DNA from: Trichinella spiralis
Lineage: Eukaryota
Length of the DNA stretch: 51,250 nt
Assembly: GCF_000181795.1 (NCBI RefSeq)
Contig: NW_003526941.1
Coordinates: 10,479,068-10,530,317 of the forward strand
Direction: 5' to 3'
Under the pieces are notes generated by a model. The model saw only the letters and a program-made list of their open reading frames with translations, was not told where the DNA came from and did not search any database. This document shows, one piece after another, positions 1 through 12,800 of this stretch (position 1 is the stretch's first letter; the number at the start of each line of letters is the position of its first letter). Position numbers and translations under genes: made by a program.

Positions 1-219
1 CATATATGAACCTTTTTTCAATGTAAATATATTTCAGTTACTGTTTTGCCGTTACGTAGTGGAATTCTACTTGAAGTTTCAGTTTTGCTTATTATTGTTT
101 TCCAAACATTTCTCTTTGTATGTATCTTTTATCTGAAAAGCAAAATGTTTTAGCAACTTTTAACGCACAGCACTGAACACTCACAGCATTCACAGAACAT
201 TTTTGTAAAAAACTTGAAA

Positions 220-651
220 ATGCTATCCATGTTGGTGCATACGTTTCAAAATCGCGGAGTATTTACCATGACAAAATTGATGCCAGCCAGTGTTTTCGTT
301 TCGACAGTCCGTTTTAAAACGTTGTACGACATGCATTTACGCGGTGGACCGCCGGCTCGAAGGCCTCAGCCGAAATCTCCAATTTCTGGTCATCCACAGA
401 TGAGGGGTGTTGTTTTGAAAGTGTTGATCAAAAAGCCAAAAAAGCCGAACTCGGCAAATCGAAAATGTGTACTAGTTCGACTAACCAATGGTAAGGAGAC
501 TGTCGCCTGGATACCTGGCGAAGGGCACAATTTACAAGAGCACAGCCAAGTTTTGGTCGAAGGGGGCCGAAAGCCGGACTTGATTGGCGTCAAAATACGA
601 GTTATTCGTGGAAAGCTTGACTGCGCCCCGGTGATCAAAACGCCAAAGTGA
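220..651 (+). CDS. mrps-12: Mitochondrial ribosomal protein S12 (uS12m), single exon
   Basis: ATG at 220, TGA at 649-651. Carries the bacterial-type S12 motifs [12 protein letters not shown] and [12 protein letters not shown], preceded by a basic/hydroxylated, acid-poor N-terminal extension resembling a mitochondrial presequence. AATAAA at 696-701. Confidence 0.95.
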   Translation: MLSMLVHTFQNRGVFTMTKLMPASVFVSTVRFKTLYDMHLRGGPPARRPQPKSPISGHPQMRGVVLKVLIKKPKKPNSANRKCVLVRLTNGKETVAWIPGEGHNLQEHSQVLVEGGRKPDLIGVKIRVIRGKLDCAPVIKTPK

Positions 652-695
652 TCCATCCATCCATCCATAAATCCATTCTCTAATCTATGGTTTTC

Positions 696-849
696 AATAA
701 AGAAGATTTTTTGCATGCATTTTTGCTGTTTTGCTAATTTATTTTATTCTATTATATTTCGTCGAAAATTTCAAATATTTTGCTACGTTCATTCCAATTC
801 AATCTTCTCACGTGATGTTTTTTTTTCCGTTTCAGTAGAGCATTTTCAG
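696..849 (+). promoter_or_regulatory. Poly(A) signal, U-rich tract and TTTCAG acceptors between mrps-12 and crls-1 (candidate operon intercistronic region)
   Basis: AATAAA at 696-701, a T-rich tract at 711-760, and TTTCAG at 830-835 and TTTTCAG at 843-849 just before the crls-1 ATG. Confidence 0.5.
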
Positions 850-855
850 TTCTAA

Positions 856-2000
856 ATGCAAATGTATTATAATTTGCAATATCAACTGTTGAAAAAATAC
901 ACATGCCCAACATTTTTCAATGTTCTACGCTATGCGAAACGAAGCTTATGGCCATTTCATTTACCAAAAAGAGAAACACGACCACTGGGCACGATTCCCA
1001 CCAATCGCAAGGTATTTTTGAAAAGTCATCTTCTGCCATTGACTGACTTTTTTTTGGATGGTCGTTGTTTGCATGTCTAAGCACTGCTGTCATGTTGTTT
1101 CTTTTTCTACTGTAGGATAGTCCGTATACGTTGCCGAATTTGTTGAGCATTTGTAGAATAGCTGCTTCACCAGTACTCGTCCATTTGATTATTAACGGCC
1201 ATTTCAGCTACACGTTGTCTCTGTTCACTGTGGCCGCCACAACTGACATTGTAAATAAAACATCTTTTACAAGATTGTGGTCAGTGGTATTAATTTTCAT
1301 TGTTTTACAGCTTGACGGCTACATTGCCCGTCGATTCCCAACTCAACGTTCCACCTTCGGTAGCATTATTGATCCACTTGCGGACAAAATTTTAGTGGCT
1401 AGCATGTTCCTGTCGTTGACTTATTGTCAAATGATACCTGGTATATATATATTTGAAAAGCACAGTACAAATAAATCGAGAAATAACAATACAAACAGTT
1501 CACTTACGTTTAAGCACTTCTCACGATCGTTGTCATCGCAAGGGACGTGTGTTTGATTACGACTGGTCTGTATCTTCGCCTGTCTACCATGCGGTCGTTT
1601 GATCAGTCGTTGGGAAGCGTTTTCCACTTCTCCACACAGACGGTGAAAATTACACCCACCATACTGAGCAAAGTGACGTCAAGCCGTGATTTGAAAATAA
1701 ATTTATTTATTTATTTCATTTATTCATTTGTTAGATAAACACTTTCATGCAGTTCGCTCTTGTCACCGCTACATTGATCAAACCGATTGGCAATTACGAT
1801 TTGCAAACAACGCTGAATGTACTCAGGTGATTGACGTAGGAATAAATGTAGTCGTTTTTTTTCCGTTTTACCGTACGGTTTATTTTTTTTTCAGTTGGAT
1901 CACCGGCTTCACGACCGTAACTTCTGGAATACAGTACGCCTTTTCAAAAACCGCTTTTCAAATGCAACAATTTCAAAAAGAGAAAACAAACTCAACATAA
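856..2000 (+). CDS. crls-1: Cardiolipin synthase (CDP-alcohol phosphatidyltransferase); join(856..1011,1116..1250,1311..1440,1515..1672,1735..1826,1895..2000), 258 aa
   Basis: All six exons join in phase across GT-AG introns. The spliced protein has TLPNLLSICRI, the CDP-alcohol phosphotransferase motif TDILDGYIARRF...GSIIDPLADK, IARDV and PTILSKINT, matching CRLS1. The basic N-terminus looks like a mitochondrial presequence. Confidence 0.92.
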
Positions 2001-2116
2001 CAGTTTTATTTGGCAACCAAATCCTGTAATAAAAGAAGAAAGAAATCAGAAGAAAAAACTGAATTATATATTAAAAAATTGAAAAATAAATACATTTTTC
2101 ACAAGTGGTGATTCAG

Positions 2117-3358
2117 TCAGTATTGCCTTTGGACGAGAAAATTGCCATTGCCAATTTCTTTGCTAAAGCCAAACTGTTCATAATAAGAGATCAGCTCGTC
2201 TTTGCATTCCAATGACACTTTGTAACAGCCCAAATTCCACGCCAACTGACGAGTCACTTCTATCAATCTACAATCAAAATAGAAATCGTATAATATGCAA
2301 ATAAAAACGTTATTAAATTTACAATTTTCCCAGTTGTCTTCCCCGATAGGCTGTATCGACGACCAAATCTTCGAGACGAGCACGAGAACCACAAGTGTGT
2401 ATAAATTTTCGTTCAATCACCAGCATGCATGTACCGACAATGATCGACTTGCTCAAATCTTCAATCACCACTACGTAATACGTGCCTTGGCAGTTTCGCA
2501 TCTCTACAAATTGACCTGCAATCAAGAAAAACAGAATACAATTTTAAAACTGTAGAACAGCATATTTTGTTTACTTTTTAATTCATATTTACAAATTGCG
2601 ATAAAAATACACATGCTTTGAATAGGTAAAATTTTCACAAACAAATATGTGTTACGATAAAGAATATGAAAAAAAAATTGTCAGCAGTTTTTCCTTCCTC
2701 GCAATGGAGCGTCAACTGTCTTACAGTGCAATGCCCTCAGAAGAAATAAATAATCATTATCGCTAAGTTGTTATGCTACAGAAGTGATTGCGAAGGTCAA
2801 CTTCAAACATTGAACTGTAAGCAATAAACGGTGGCTATGTGTGTGTGTATTAAATCATGGAACAATTTGTATTAGTAAACAAACGACAAAATCAAAGCTT
2901 ACATACTACTATTATTAAGCCCCGAATTGAAGAAAAAACAATAAATAATAAAATAACATACGACAGAATTCTCCTTTACTGACTGAACCGACATGAGTCA
3001 AGCGAGATAACAGTTGCAAGAAACCTAAGTAAATGTGATTTAAATAATAAACTTTCGTAAGAAGTGATTTTTTTTCATTCAAACCTTTTTCAAAGTCAGT
3101 CCTTTGAAGAGGTCTTACGCAAAGGTTGTCAGCAGGTCGATGCACACTGTCCACCTGAGTGAAAGAGCAGTTCGCTTTTCGCAGATCGACCAAATCCAAA
3201 AGTGAGCAGTCGAACAAATTTTCACCGAGCACATCTTCATCCTTTGTCTGATGGACAGTCTGAACAAGATACACAACAATGACATCCAACCGAGACGCAA
3301 AATTGAATGAAATACGTCGTACAATGTGGCCGTTGTTATTTACTTCGAAATTTTGCAT
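2117..3358 (-). CDS. GNPNAT1: Glucosamine-6-phosphate N-acetyltransferase (GNA1/GNPNAT1); complement(join(2117..2267,2323..2515,2962..3024,3085..3259,3323..3358)), 205 aa
   Basis: The spliced protein has VRPLQRTDFEKGFLQLLSRLT, YYVVVIED, ERKFIH, RLEDLVVD, the acetyl-CoA loop RGRQLGK and GCYKVSLEC...YYEQFGF. Phases are consistent. The first exon and start codon are less certain. Confidence 0.93.
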
Positions 3359-3895
3359 TTCACCGCAGTTCAACAAGTCAACGCAAAACTTATTGCACAG
3401 AAGCAGCGCCGAAACGGCATTGATGCCTGGCGTACCGTCCAAGTGAAAACTATTTTCATTGCTCCTACTGTACATTTAATAAAATGTAAGTATAATTCCT
3501 ACTCACGTACAGTACGAACCGTAAAGTTGAAATCTGTAAAAATGAGCATTTGAACTGCCACTTTGAAATATATAAAAATACTGGCAAATCTGATCGAAAT
3601 ATTTTAGAACGAAAATATCATAAGCTGCAATTTGAGCCATTAAAACGACTTTTTACCAGTTCAAATAATACAAGTAAATAATCTGTAATAAATGCATTGT
3701 TTATTTTTCAATTCTAGGAAACTCTTTTATTATCAATTATTTATTAATTTATTTCTGACAAAAATTTTCAAATATTAGTGTGAATTGATTGAACAGTGAG
3801 CAATATTTTTAAAGAAAAAGTGATACTAATAATAAACTAAAGGTTTACACTAAAGAGATTACAAATTTAAAATGTTATTCAACAGAAATTCAGTT

Positions 3896-4790
3896 TCACT
3901 TGTTATCATGGAAATTTTTCTTGCTAACATCAACATTGTTGGAAGAATAAAAAATATGCCGTTCACTTCCTGAACATTCGCCATCCATCAATTCTAAACT
4001 CACAGCTTCTGAGCTCGACTCAGTCTGCTGTTGTTCTTCTGAAGTGTCGTCTTTCTCTGTCATTTCCAACGCCGTACTTTCCTCACCTACAGCAATAAAA
4101 ATCAAACTGCACAATTATACATTAAACAACACAATACAACGACTCACATTCTTCAAAAGTTTCACTCCACGACGGAAATGATTCCAACTGACAACGTTCG
4201 TCTGCGCATTCAAAAACATCACTTGAATAAGATGCGCTGAATGAGAATGGAGTTTTCCCACCCGGATAATCTGCTTTAAATTTTTCCATGTATGACTTTC
4301 CAGTGGTCGAATCGGTAATACTGTCATATGGCATACTCAAACATATACTTCGAGTCAATGACATAGTTGATGCGCTAACAAGGTAGCTGCTTATCCATTT
4401 GTCACTTGTGACAGAGTCATCACTGTCGCTTTCTGAAGAAGTCAAATCTCCAATCCGCTTCATAGCCATGCTGCGCACCTCTGACGGAGTCATGAAATCA
4501 TCCCCGCCGTCAGAGTCTAACTCAGAAACTGCCGCAGCACCGCGGTCATTAAAAAATTCGTCCACAAAAAATTTACCACCGACAATTTCCATCAATGCTA
4601 AGCTGGGAAATTCAGTTTCCGAATTTTCCATGTCAATGGACAACGTTCCATCATCGCACGACATACGTTGAGCTTCTTTTTTTTCCACTACCGCTTTATT
4701 CTCAGCCAAAAGGGTCGTCTCAGCATTCGGGCCAGCTGTTTCAGGCGACGCCTCTGAACTACCAACCGACTGTTCAGGTAACTCGGACAT
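3896..4790 (-). CDS. Acidic Ser/Glu/Asp-rich, probably disordered protein of unknown function; complement(join(3896..4086,4148..4790)), 277 aa
   Basis: Long ORF starting at ATG 4790, with an in-frame TGA two codons upstream. A GTGAGT donor at 4147 and a TGTAG acceptor at 4087 join the two ORFs in phase. No recognisable domain. Confidence 0.7.
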
Positions 4791-6687
4791 TGTTCACAAA
4801 CCACAGCTCAGGTAGAAGCAGTTGGACAATTTGAAGGGCACCAAACAACAAAATGTCTGTTCAATCTATAACTTTATAAAAGAGACAAAATTTTAAACTT
4901 AACATTAAAAGTTGGTTTGTTTAAAATAACTTTAAACTAAACTTTCACTAAGCACTAAACAATTCTGCTGAATTCAATAATGCTGCTGAGTAATAATGGA
5001 ATATGCAAAATTGGAAAATTGAAAAAAGCATAAAAATTTCCTTATTCATTTCTGCGCTAACGTCGAAATAAAAGAGAAATTCTCTTGTTGGGATCGATTT
5101 TCAATATAATTTTCCGCAAGATTCACAATTGTGCAACCGTGACACAAGCATACAAATGTCGCGTTGTGGTTTGAATATTTCATAACTGCTGTAGAGGTAG
5201 AAACAAAAAGATAAAAGTTTCCCTTTCTCATCAAAACAATTCATCTTTGTGAATTCAAATAATGTCACTCTTACTTATAAATTGCTCGCTCTTATAGTAT
5301 ATCTAATGACAGAAATAAAAAATAAAAACAAATACGTTCACCATCCCCACTCGGCAAATTGCATCTTCAAAATCAATCATTACCATATCGCACAGAAGAT
5401 GCATGAAACAATTAATCCATTTTCATCAATCCCATTAAAACTTGTCGTGTTGCTGCTATTGTTGTTGTTCAAAACAAATTCACTCTCGACACAAGTCGCA
5501 GAATAAACAAAAGAAAAAGAATAAAAGCTTCAAAAATTCAATCGCAATCAACCTGGATGTAGTAGACAAAACAAGCAGAAAAAAAAATCCACTATTATTA
5601 ATTGAATAAAAAATTCACTCATCATCATCAAATGTAACCTTCTACCGTACGCAGTTTCAACATTTTTCCCGCTTTTCCACCGGATACAATTTTTTTTTCT
5701 TCACGTTAACTGCTGCAAAACCTCTGTTCGAACAAAAGCAGATAATGGTCATTCAATTTGTCGATTTCAGAGCAAAAATTAATAGCTTTCATTCACCATC
5801 TGCACAAACTAACGGTTCAACTAACTGCAGAGCAGGTGAAAAATAACATCAATAATGTAAACGGAAAATGAAATTCAAATGAAGAGAAAAATTTATACAT
5901 AAAGATAAAGTTTATGAAAAGAAAACATCTTTTCATCTAAATTTGTTTATGCAAAGGTCATATTAGATCAACAGGCTCAATACAAATACATATACATACG
6001 TGTATGCGTGTGTAATGGAAGAATTGAACTTTTGCTTATTGCTTCACTTGGGAAGTTTGCTTAAAATGCCCTGTGTTTTGACGGAAGTACAAAGGTGCCC
6101 TAAGCTGTGTTGAATTTGTTCCGCCAAGAACATGAATTAATGATTTTTGTTGCCGTTGATCAATCCAACGCCTTGCAACGACAACGGCTTTTCAACGTCA
6201 TCGATCCACAATCCAACAATGATACTTTGCCTCTGAGTGAATAATGCGAACAAACGTGCAACAAGCACAAAAGGTAACCAACAAGAAGAAAAAAATTTTT
6301 CCCCCTTCCCAAAAATTCCACCCTCAACCGATGTATTGTATCGACATTTCAGCGGTGTTAAGTGGTGAACTTTTTCATCTCAACTTCATCAACGGATCAG
6401 CTTCTTATCCAAGAATCTGATCTTTAATTGGCAGGGCGATAGCTTGGCAGTTTAATTGCTACACAGTCGTAACGGAGGCAATAAATTTTCACGCAGTAAC
6501 AGCTAACAGCATGTATATGCTTTTCCGACACGTTCCCATTGGGAAATGTTCTGATTTTTATTTATTCACCACCAAGCCGACTGTTAATTAAGAAGAAGCA
6601 CTTGCTTGATGACCACAGCAAGTTTATTTGTCATAATCATGTTGACTTATTGGTCGGCCAAAATCGGTGCCACAGCTTAAAATACTA

Positions 6688-9600
6688 ATGGACAATCATA
6701 TTTTTTTAACTTACATCATTCTCGCAGTGAGCATCACTGGATTTGTGGTCACGATTCGTTGTTATACTTGCCGAGGCGTTTGCTACAAAGGTGTGCCTTG
6801 CAACTGCCATACCGGCATGTGCAAAGGTGATCACTGCTTCAGCCAAGGAAGGTAGGCCACAAGCGAAATGTTTTATTTTTAATTCTGATTCTTTTAATTC
6901 TCTCTTGAGCTGTTTGATGACTTCATAACAGCGATATAATAAAAATACTCTTTTCAACCTAAACTCTTAAATGTCTTAAACTCCCTGAAATCAGTCTCTT
7001 TTTCTAAAAACAAATCTAATTTGTAAAGAAAGAAAAAAAACTATTTTGTTGCTTAACCGAAGTCAAAATATATTTCCCATTAATCAGATGTAATCAAAAA
7101 ATATTACAACTGCATCAATGACCGATGATTCACAGAAACCATTAAAACAACAGCCTATTAACATGATATTAATATTCATCATAATACATTTACCTTATGG
7201 TTTTCTTCGTCCATTTAATATACATATATTTCTCAAGCAAATTTTCGTTCACCACTGTGATTTGCTTAAGGAACGTGTGACTAGTTTAAAACAATTTGTA
7301 AAAAGTGCACTTATTAAACATAACTAACTATCTGAAGTGTTGGAAATTTTAAAAAGCAACTCAGGTGGAGAATTTCACCTTCTACCCCAAACTATTACAA
7401 ATACTATTTGTCGGTATATACATACATATCAACCACTGGCTATGAACTACGGTACCTTTATTTCTAAAGTCAACTCTATCAAATTAAGATTACTCAAGAG
7501 GATAGAGAATGACATTGTATCCTAGCTGATCATTACAGTATCATATCAGTAGAAATTAGTTCAATTTTCTTACCTCAGTGACAGTACGCAACCGCAGCAC
7601 CATCTTTTAATTAGAAGCTGCAGATTACCCAGATAAACTGCACCACCGACACTGCATTCCAATTAAAATCGTATTCAGCAGTTCAAATTGTTCACTTTCG
7701 TCATTATGTAAAGTATGCTGCAAACTCTGCAAGTGATCATGCTGCTAATTGTTGTTTCGTTTCGTTCATATAGAGGCAAAGTTGTCTGCTAAAATTTGCC
7801 AGTTTTATCAATCAATCTTAACAATGAAACTTATGAAACAAACGTCTTAACCTGCTGACAGAAAATGGAAATTTTTAAATAATATATCTTAATTGTGAAA
7901 TGACATGAATGTTTGCTGATGAAATTGAATAAATTAAACAATTTTCCCAAACTCGCAAAATTATTCACATTGAAATTTCAATTTTAGCAACATTGACGAT
8001 GAAATGTTGTTGATCGAAAAAGGATGCGCAAAAAATCCATTCATCTTCACATCTGGCTGCGAGTACCACACTACACCTGATCGAACAATCTGCATATGCA
8101 ACGGATCATCATTTTGCAATCAAGCCCTCAACGCGGGTCACTCTAACCCTGTACAGTCTCCGTCAGTTTGTCACAAATGCAATGGAGTATTGAACTGTCC
8201 GAAAAGTTGCCGTGCAGATTATTGTACTTTAAGTATGCCACAAAAGCAGCAACGATGTGGATTTGGAATGCCAGTTTTGCCGTTTCACTATCAGACAAAA
8301 AAATTATTGCCTCAACCCACCGACGAAGGCGACAAATCGAACACATGTGCAACGTTTGATTATGGTGATTTTGCGCGGGTAAGAATTGAAAAAATTATTT
8401 ACATGCACAATTCATCAAATTCAACTCTAATTTCAATTACAACAATATGACAATCCAATCTTTTGAAAAACATTAATTCATCAGCTAAAATGACTTGATA
8501 AAATAAGAATACTTCAATTTCCCTAAATTTAAAAATAACTATAATTTTCAAAGTTTGAAAGTTTCTTAAATTTCGCAAATGCACGACAAGACTATAATGA
8601 CAAATGTACTTCAATTCAAAGTTTATTATTAATTTTAAAACTTAAAAAAGAGTAATTTTTGGCCGCGTCGCTGTAAAATAGACAAAAAAAAATCAACCAC
8701 TTCATATTATTCAATAACATGACGAATAAGAGCACTGCTAAAGTGAAACAACTCCAAAACTTACCTGATAATTTGATCAGGCACGCAGATTAATGATCAT
8801 CGTCGTCAATTGAAAAAATATATTATACATTTCTTACATCGCTACAAAATTAAAATTTATAGAAAAAGAAAACAGTGCGAAAATTTTCTTTTCGAAAAAT
8901 TACCACAATAAACTACAGTATGACACATTTCTTCAGAATCAATATACTGTATATTTGTATAGTATAAAATTGTCTAATGAATGTAAATTGGAATGTAATA
9001 GTTGTAAAAAAAATGTATATTTGCATAATATATCGCATTTGACATTTAAATATTTATTTTTCAATTAATTTCTAATTTGAAAAACTTTCAATTTACCACA
9101 GAGTATGAAGATAACGTTATAACAATGAATTAGAAAGTAATGAATGGTCAATTTTATCAGTCATAATTAATTGATGAGATTTGAATTTTTATCATTCTAA
9201 GATAGACCAATTTATATTCTTTGCTAAAAGAAAATGAACATTATTTAAATGGGAAAAATTGTATCAAAGAAGAAAAATTAATAAGCAAAAGAATAAATAA
9301 TACTGATGAATAATAATTTTGAGAAGAGACTATTTTTGAATTATGTTCATCCCCCCATTTTCCACATTTTGATATTTCAGTCTACCCAATGCATATGCAA
9401 TGGAACATTTTGCAATAATGGAAGCTTGATGTTCGAAGATCCCTTGTCCAGGATTGGCAGACAGTATGTTCGCTGTTATACTTGTCGACATGTTTCCAAC
9501 TCTGGTCTCGTTTCCAATATTTGCCACAACGGTTCTTGCATTGGTGACTTTTGTATAATTAAAGTAGAAAATTCTAATTTATCGAAAATATCCCATGTGC

Positions 9601-9830
9601 ATTTGGCCGGCTGTATGAATTCCAGCCGGCCACATCTCGTCGGTCACGGTTGCAGCCATCGATGGGTGATGAATGTCAAAGAGGAACTGCAATGCGTTTG
9701 TAGAAGTAACTTTTGCAATGCAAACATTGCCACGGCAAATTACGGCAAATCCGCAAAGCGTTTTCAAAATTCCGCTCTACTATTCTCGTCAATTTTACCT
9801 CATGTTGTTTACTGGCATACAAAATATTAA
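6688..9830 (+). CDS. Cys-rich surface protein with three Ly6/uPAR (three-finger)-like repeats, signal peptide and probable GPI signal; join(6688..6851,7988..8378,9381..9830), 334 aa
   Basis: Hydrophobic N-terminus (IFLTYIILAVSITGFVVT). Three repeats start with CxxC and end with CICNGSSFCN, CICNGTFCN and CVCRSNFCN. Hydrophobic C-terminal tail. Splice phases (2 and 0) fit exactly. Confidence 0.8.
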
Positions 9831-12800
9831 TCACAAATATTGACAAAACCACCATAAAATAGTGGAAAAAATTTGCTCAAAAAATATATTTACCTAGATT
9901 TGTCTTCACCGACTTCAATTACAGTTTTGAGTACTGGTTTTGCTTTAAAAAAATTTTTTCATTAACAAATAAAATTAATATTAAAAAAAAGTTCCCTTTA
10001 TAAATATGAATTAAGCTTGTTTTCCATTTACACAGTGCAGTGTGCTTGCATATTGTTGTTGAGAATTAAAATTGTCGTCATCAACTGTATGCGTTGATCA
10101 ATTTGTATAACTTGTTGACAATACGGCGATGATCCACATAGTTTGTAAAGTGTCTCCGTGGAACAATGGGCATATTTCAATTGGACAAACAATGGCAAAA
10201 CGATCAGCAGCCAGTCAATATTGTAAAGTTTAAATTTTTCCCCTCATTTTCACGGAATCCTTTTGCGAGCCAACAAAATCAGGCTACACTTGTCATATAA
10301 ACTGGTCACCATCAGCATAGCAGCCGACGACACTGTATTCCTCATCATTCCAACAAGACAATAATACACAGTCGTTGAATTACGTTTCAAAGTAGGAAGC
10401 GTACTGAAATCAGGATCAGTCCCAACTAGAGGAATAATTTCCCCATTATGATGCAGCAATTTTCATGCTCATCGCTGACGTACAGCAATTCATTACTGTC
10501 GAGTAAATAAATTGCTTCCTTAATTGTTACATACGGCCACTTTCTGCCCCGCCTTCTGACACTTCCGACAACCACTAGAACTACAAAAGTCGATACATTA
10601 TTCTACAGTGATGATGATTATAAAATGATGAGCAAGCAGCACTCATCGTTCGTTCGTTCATTCATTCAAAATAAGTAGATGAATGGATGGGCCAGTTTTG
10701 AAATAATACATCATACAGTATGGCATAATTAAATGTTATTGTTCAAGTAAAGTACATTTGCTTTTTTCGTCACATTTTCAACGACAACACCCAAAAGCGC
10801 GACATCAGTTAATCGAATCATCTTGATTGGCCATTAAATATCACGTTCAATTGTTGCTGTCATGAAGTGGAAATGTGCGAAAATTATTTTGCACGCTTGA
10901 CATAAGTCAAGGAAGTTACTCAGCTTAACTTCTTGATCAAATCAGACACCCACGCACAAACCCTGGCCCTGACCTTAACTCTGCTTGCACGGGCAAGTAT
11001 CATCAAGAATGAATAATAGTCAAAAATTGCTTTCTTCATTTTAACACGTCCATACGACAGAAAAGTCCAAAAATCGACCTCCATCGCGCATTGCTGCTTG
11101 ATCATTCAACTATTGACGCGATGGCCTTTCTCTGTTTATTGTACCTTGAAAAAAAATGCACATTCCAATCTTGTGAACTGAATCAATCGGACAAAACAAT
11201 TTTCTATTAAATGAACTTTGAAATTTTCAACACTTTGAAAAAGAGAAGAAACAGAAAAAAAATCAACCCACCCACTGCGGATATAACTGTATATATAACA
11301 AGAAAATACAAAAAATCATGCCTATTCAAACTTGACTACCATTTTCTAATGTCACACTGAAACTGTTGGTCGCGAAAACGGAATATCAAACTCCACAAAC
11401 AACAATAACAAATGCAAATATCAATTTCACGCAATATTTCAATTTTAGCATTTTCTTCCTATTCAACATCGAAAAGCATTCACTTACCTTTGTAGATGAT
11501 AACAAACATATCGTGAGCATGTTAATAAATTGTTGAAATAAGATTCAGATGCTTTTCAAATTCAAACTGAAGCAATCATCAGATGTCTGAAGAATATGCC
11601 TGTGTGCGTATTCTGTGTGTCGCAATTTTCAACACTTGAACAATGTGCTCTTTTGTTCACTACAATAAATGCGTAATGAATTTTTCAACAAACTGCTAAT
11701 CAAAAGCAACTTTTTTCTACTTTTAATCATTTTCTAGCTTCAAATTTTCTACAACAATTCGCCGAATGACAATAACTAAATGTTTGAGCAGTTTGCAATC
11801 GACTTGTTCAATTTCCACATTCTAAAAACTGCACCTATAGATAACAATACTGACGTTAAATAGAAATTAAATCGAGCTAAGCGTTGAATGCAAAACTTTA
11901 ACCATCCTATCAAACGTATTCTAATTTTGCTAACGCGACAACAAACACATTCTGCGGTCATTAGTACTAATAAGAATAGAAAAGCGACTTTTCATTTAAA
12001 GAAAAAATAATAATTTCAGTTGTAAAATTCATTTAAAAAAAAATAAACAGCCCATCACTTCAGTATATTTATTTAGCAGCAGTTGTTCAAATTGTAAACT
12101 TTGTTATTTCGAGTAAAACTTAAAATATTGAGTTTTATTATTGAAATCCAGACAACCAGTTTTGTAATGAAGATTTACAGTTTACTGTATGATAATAAAG
12201 TACCTTACTGAATTTTTCATTTATTTTCATTCGGAAGTTGTCCGGATGAATATTTAGCATTGAAAAATTTTTTAAATAATTATTTAAATTGCATTCCTAT
12301 AAATTAGCTTAATTGAAATTGACATTTATAAAATTAAATTTTTGCATGTAATATAATTGTATTTTTTTTCTCAAAACGTTGATTATTTCGCATAGCGAAA
12401 CATGCTGAAATGAGTATTATTGAGTGAGTTGCAGAGTGAGTGAATTTTTTTCATTGCTGAATTGCCGCTGTGCGTGACGCCGACCCATGCGTGACACGGT
12501 TCAATATCATTAACGGTCAATGTGCACCGCATCGGCCAGTATCGCTATTCAATGAAAAAAATTGGCTACTTATGCTTTTCATTGAAATGTACAGGTTGCT
12601 TTAAACCAGTTTCCAATTTAAATAGCGAAGAAGTCAATCAGAAGAAGAAGTGCATTGTTTCCTCAGCTCTTCTGCTGCATCACAGTGGACCTTGCACTCC
12701 AAGTGAATCGTCGTTGCACAAACGACCGAAGGTCACTGATTAAGTGGAAAGCATAATTTTCATTGTAAATAAGTCATCTAGATGGGCAAAGGAAGTCATT

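Noticed and set aside
214..651. Bacterial rpsL from horizontal transfer or contamination
   Set aside because: It has a presequence-like N-terminus and a poly(A) signal, is flanked by intron-containing genes and has no rpsG/fusA neighbours. It is the nuclear-encoded mitochondrial S12.
8988..9005. miR-1-like sequence TGGAATGTAA
   Set aside because: Only the first 10 nt match and there is no precursor hairpin.
10250..10459. Minus-strand ORF, or a C/D-box snoRNA (ATGATGA ... CTGA about 70 nt apart)
   Set aside because: No recognisable protein. No terminal stem, and only ~8 nt of possible rRNA complementarity, which is too weak to call.
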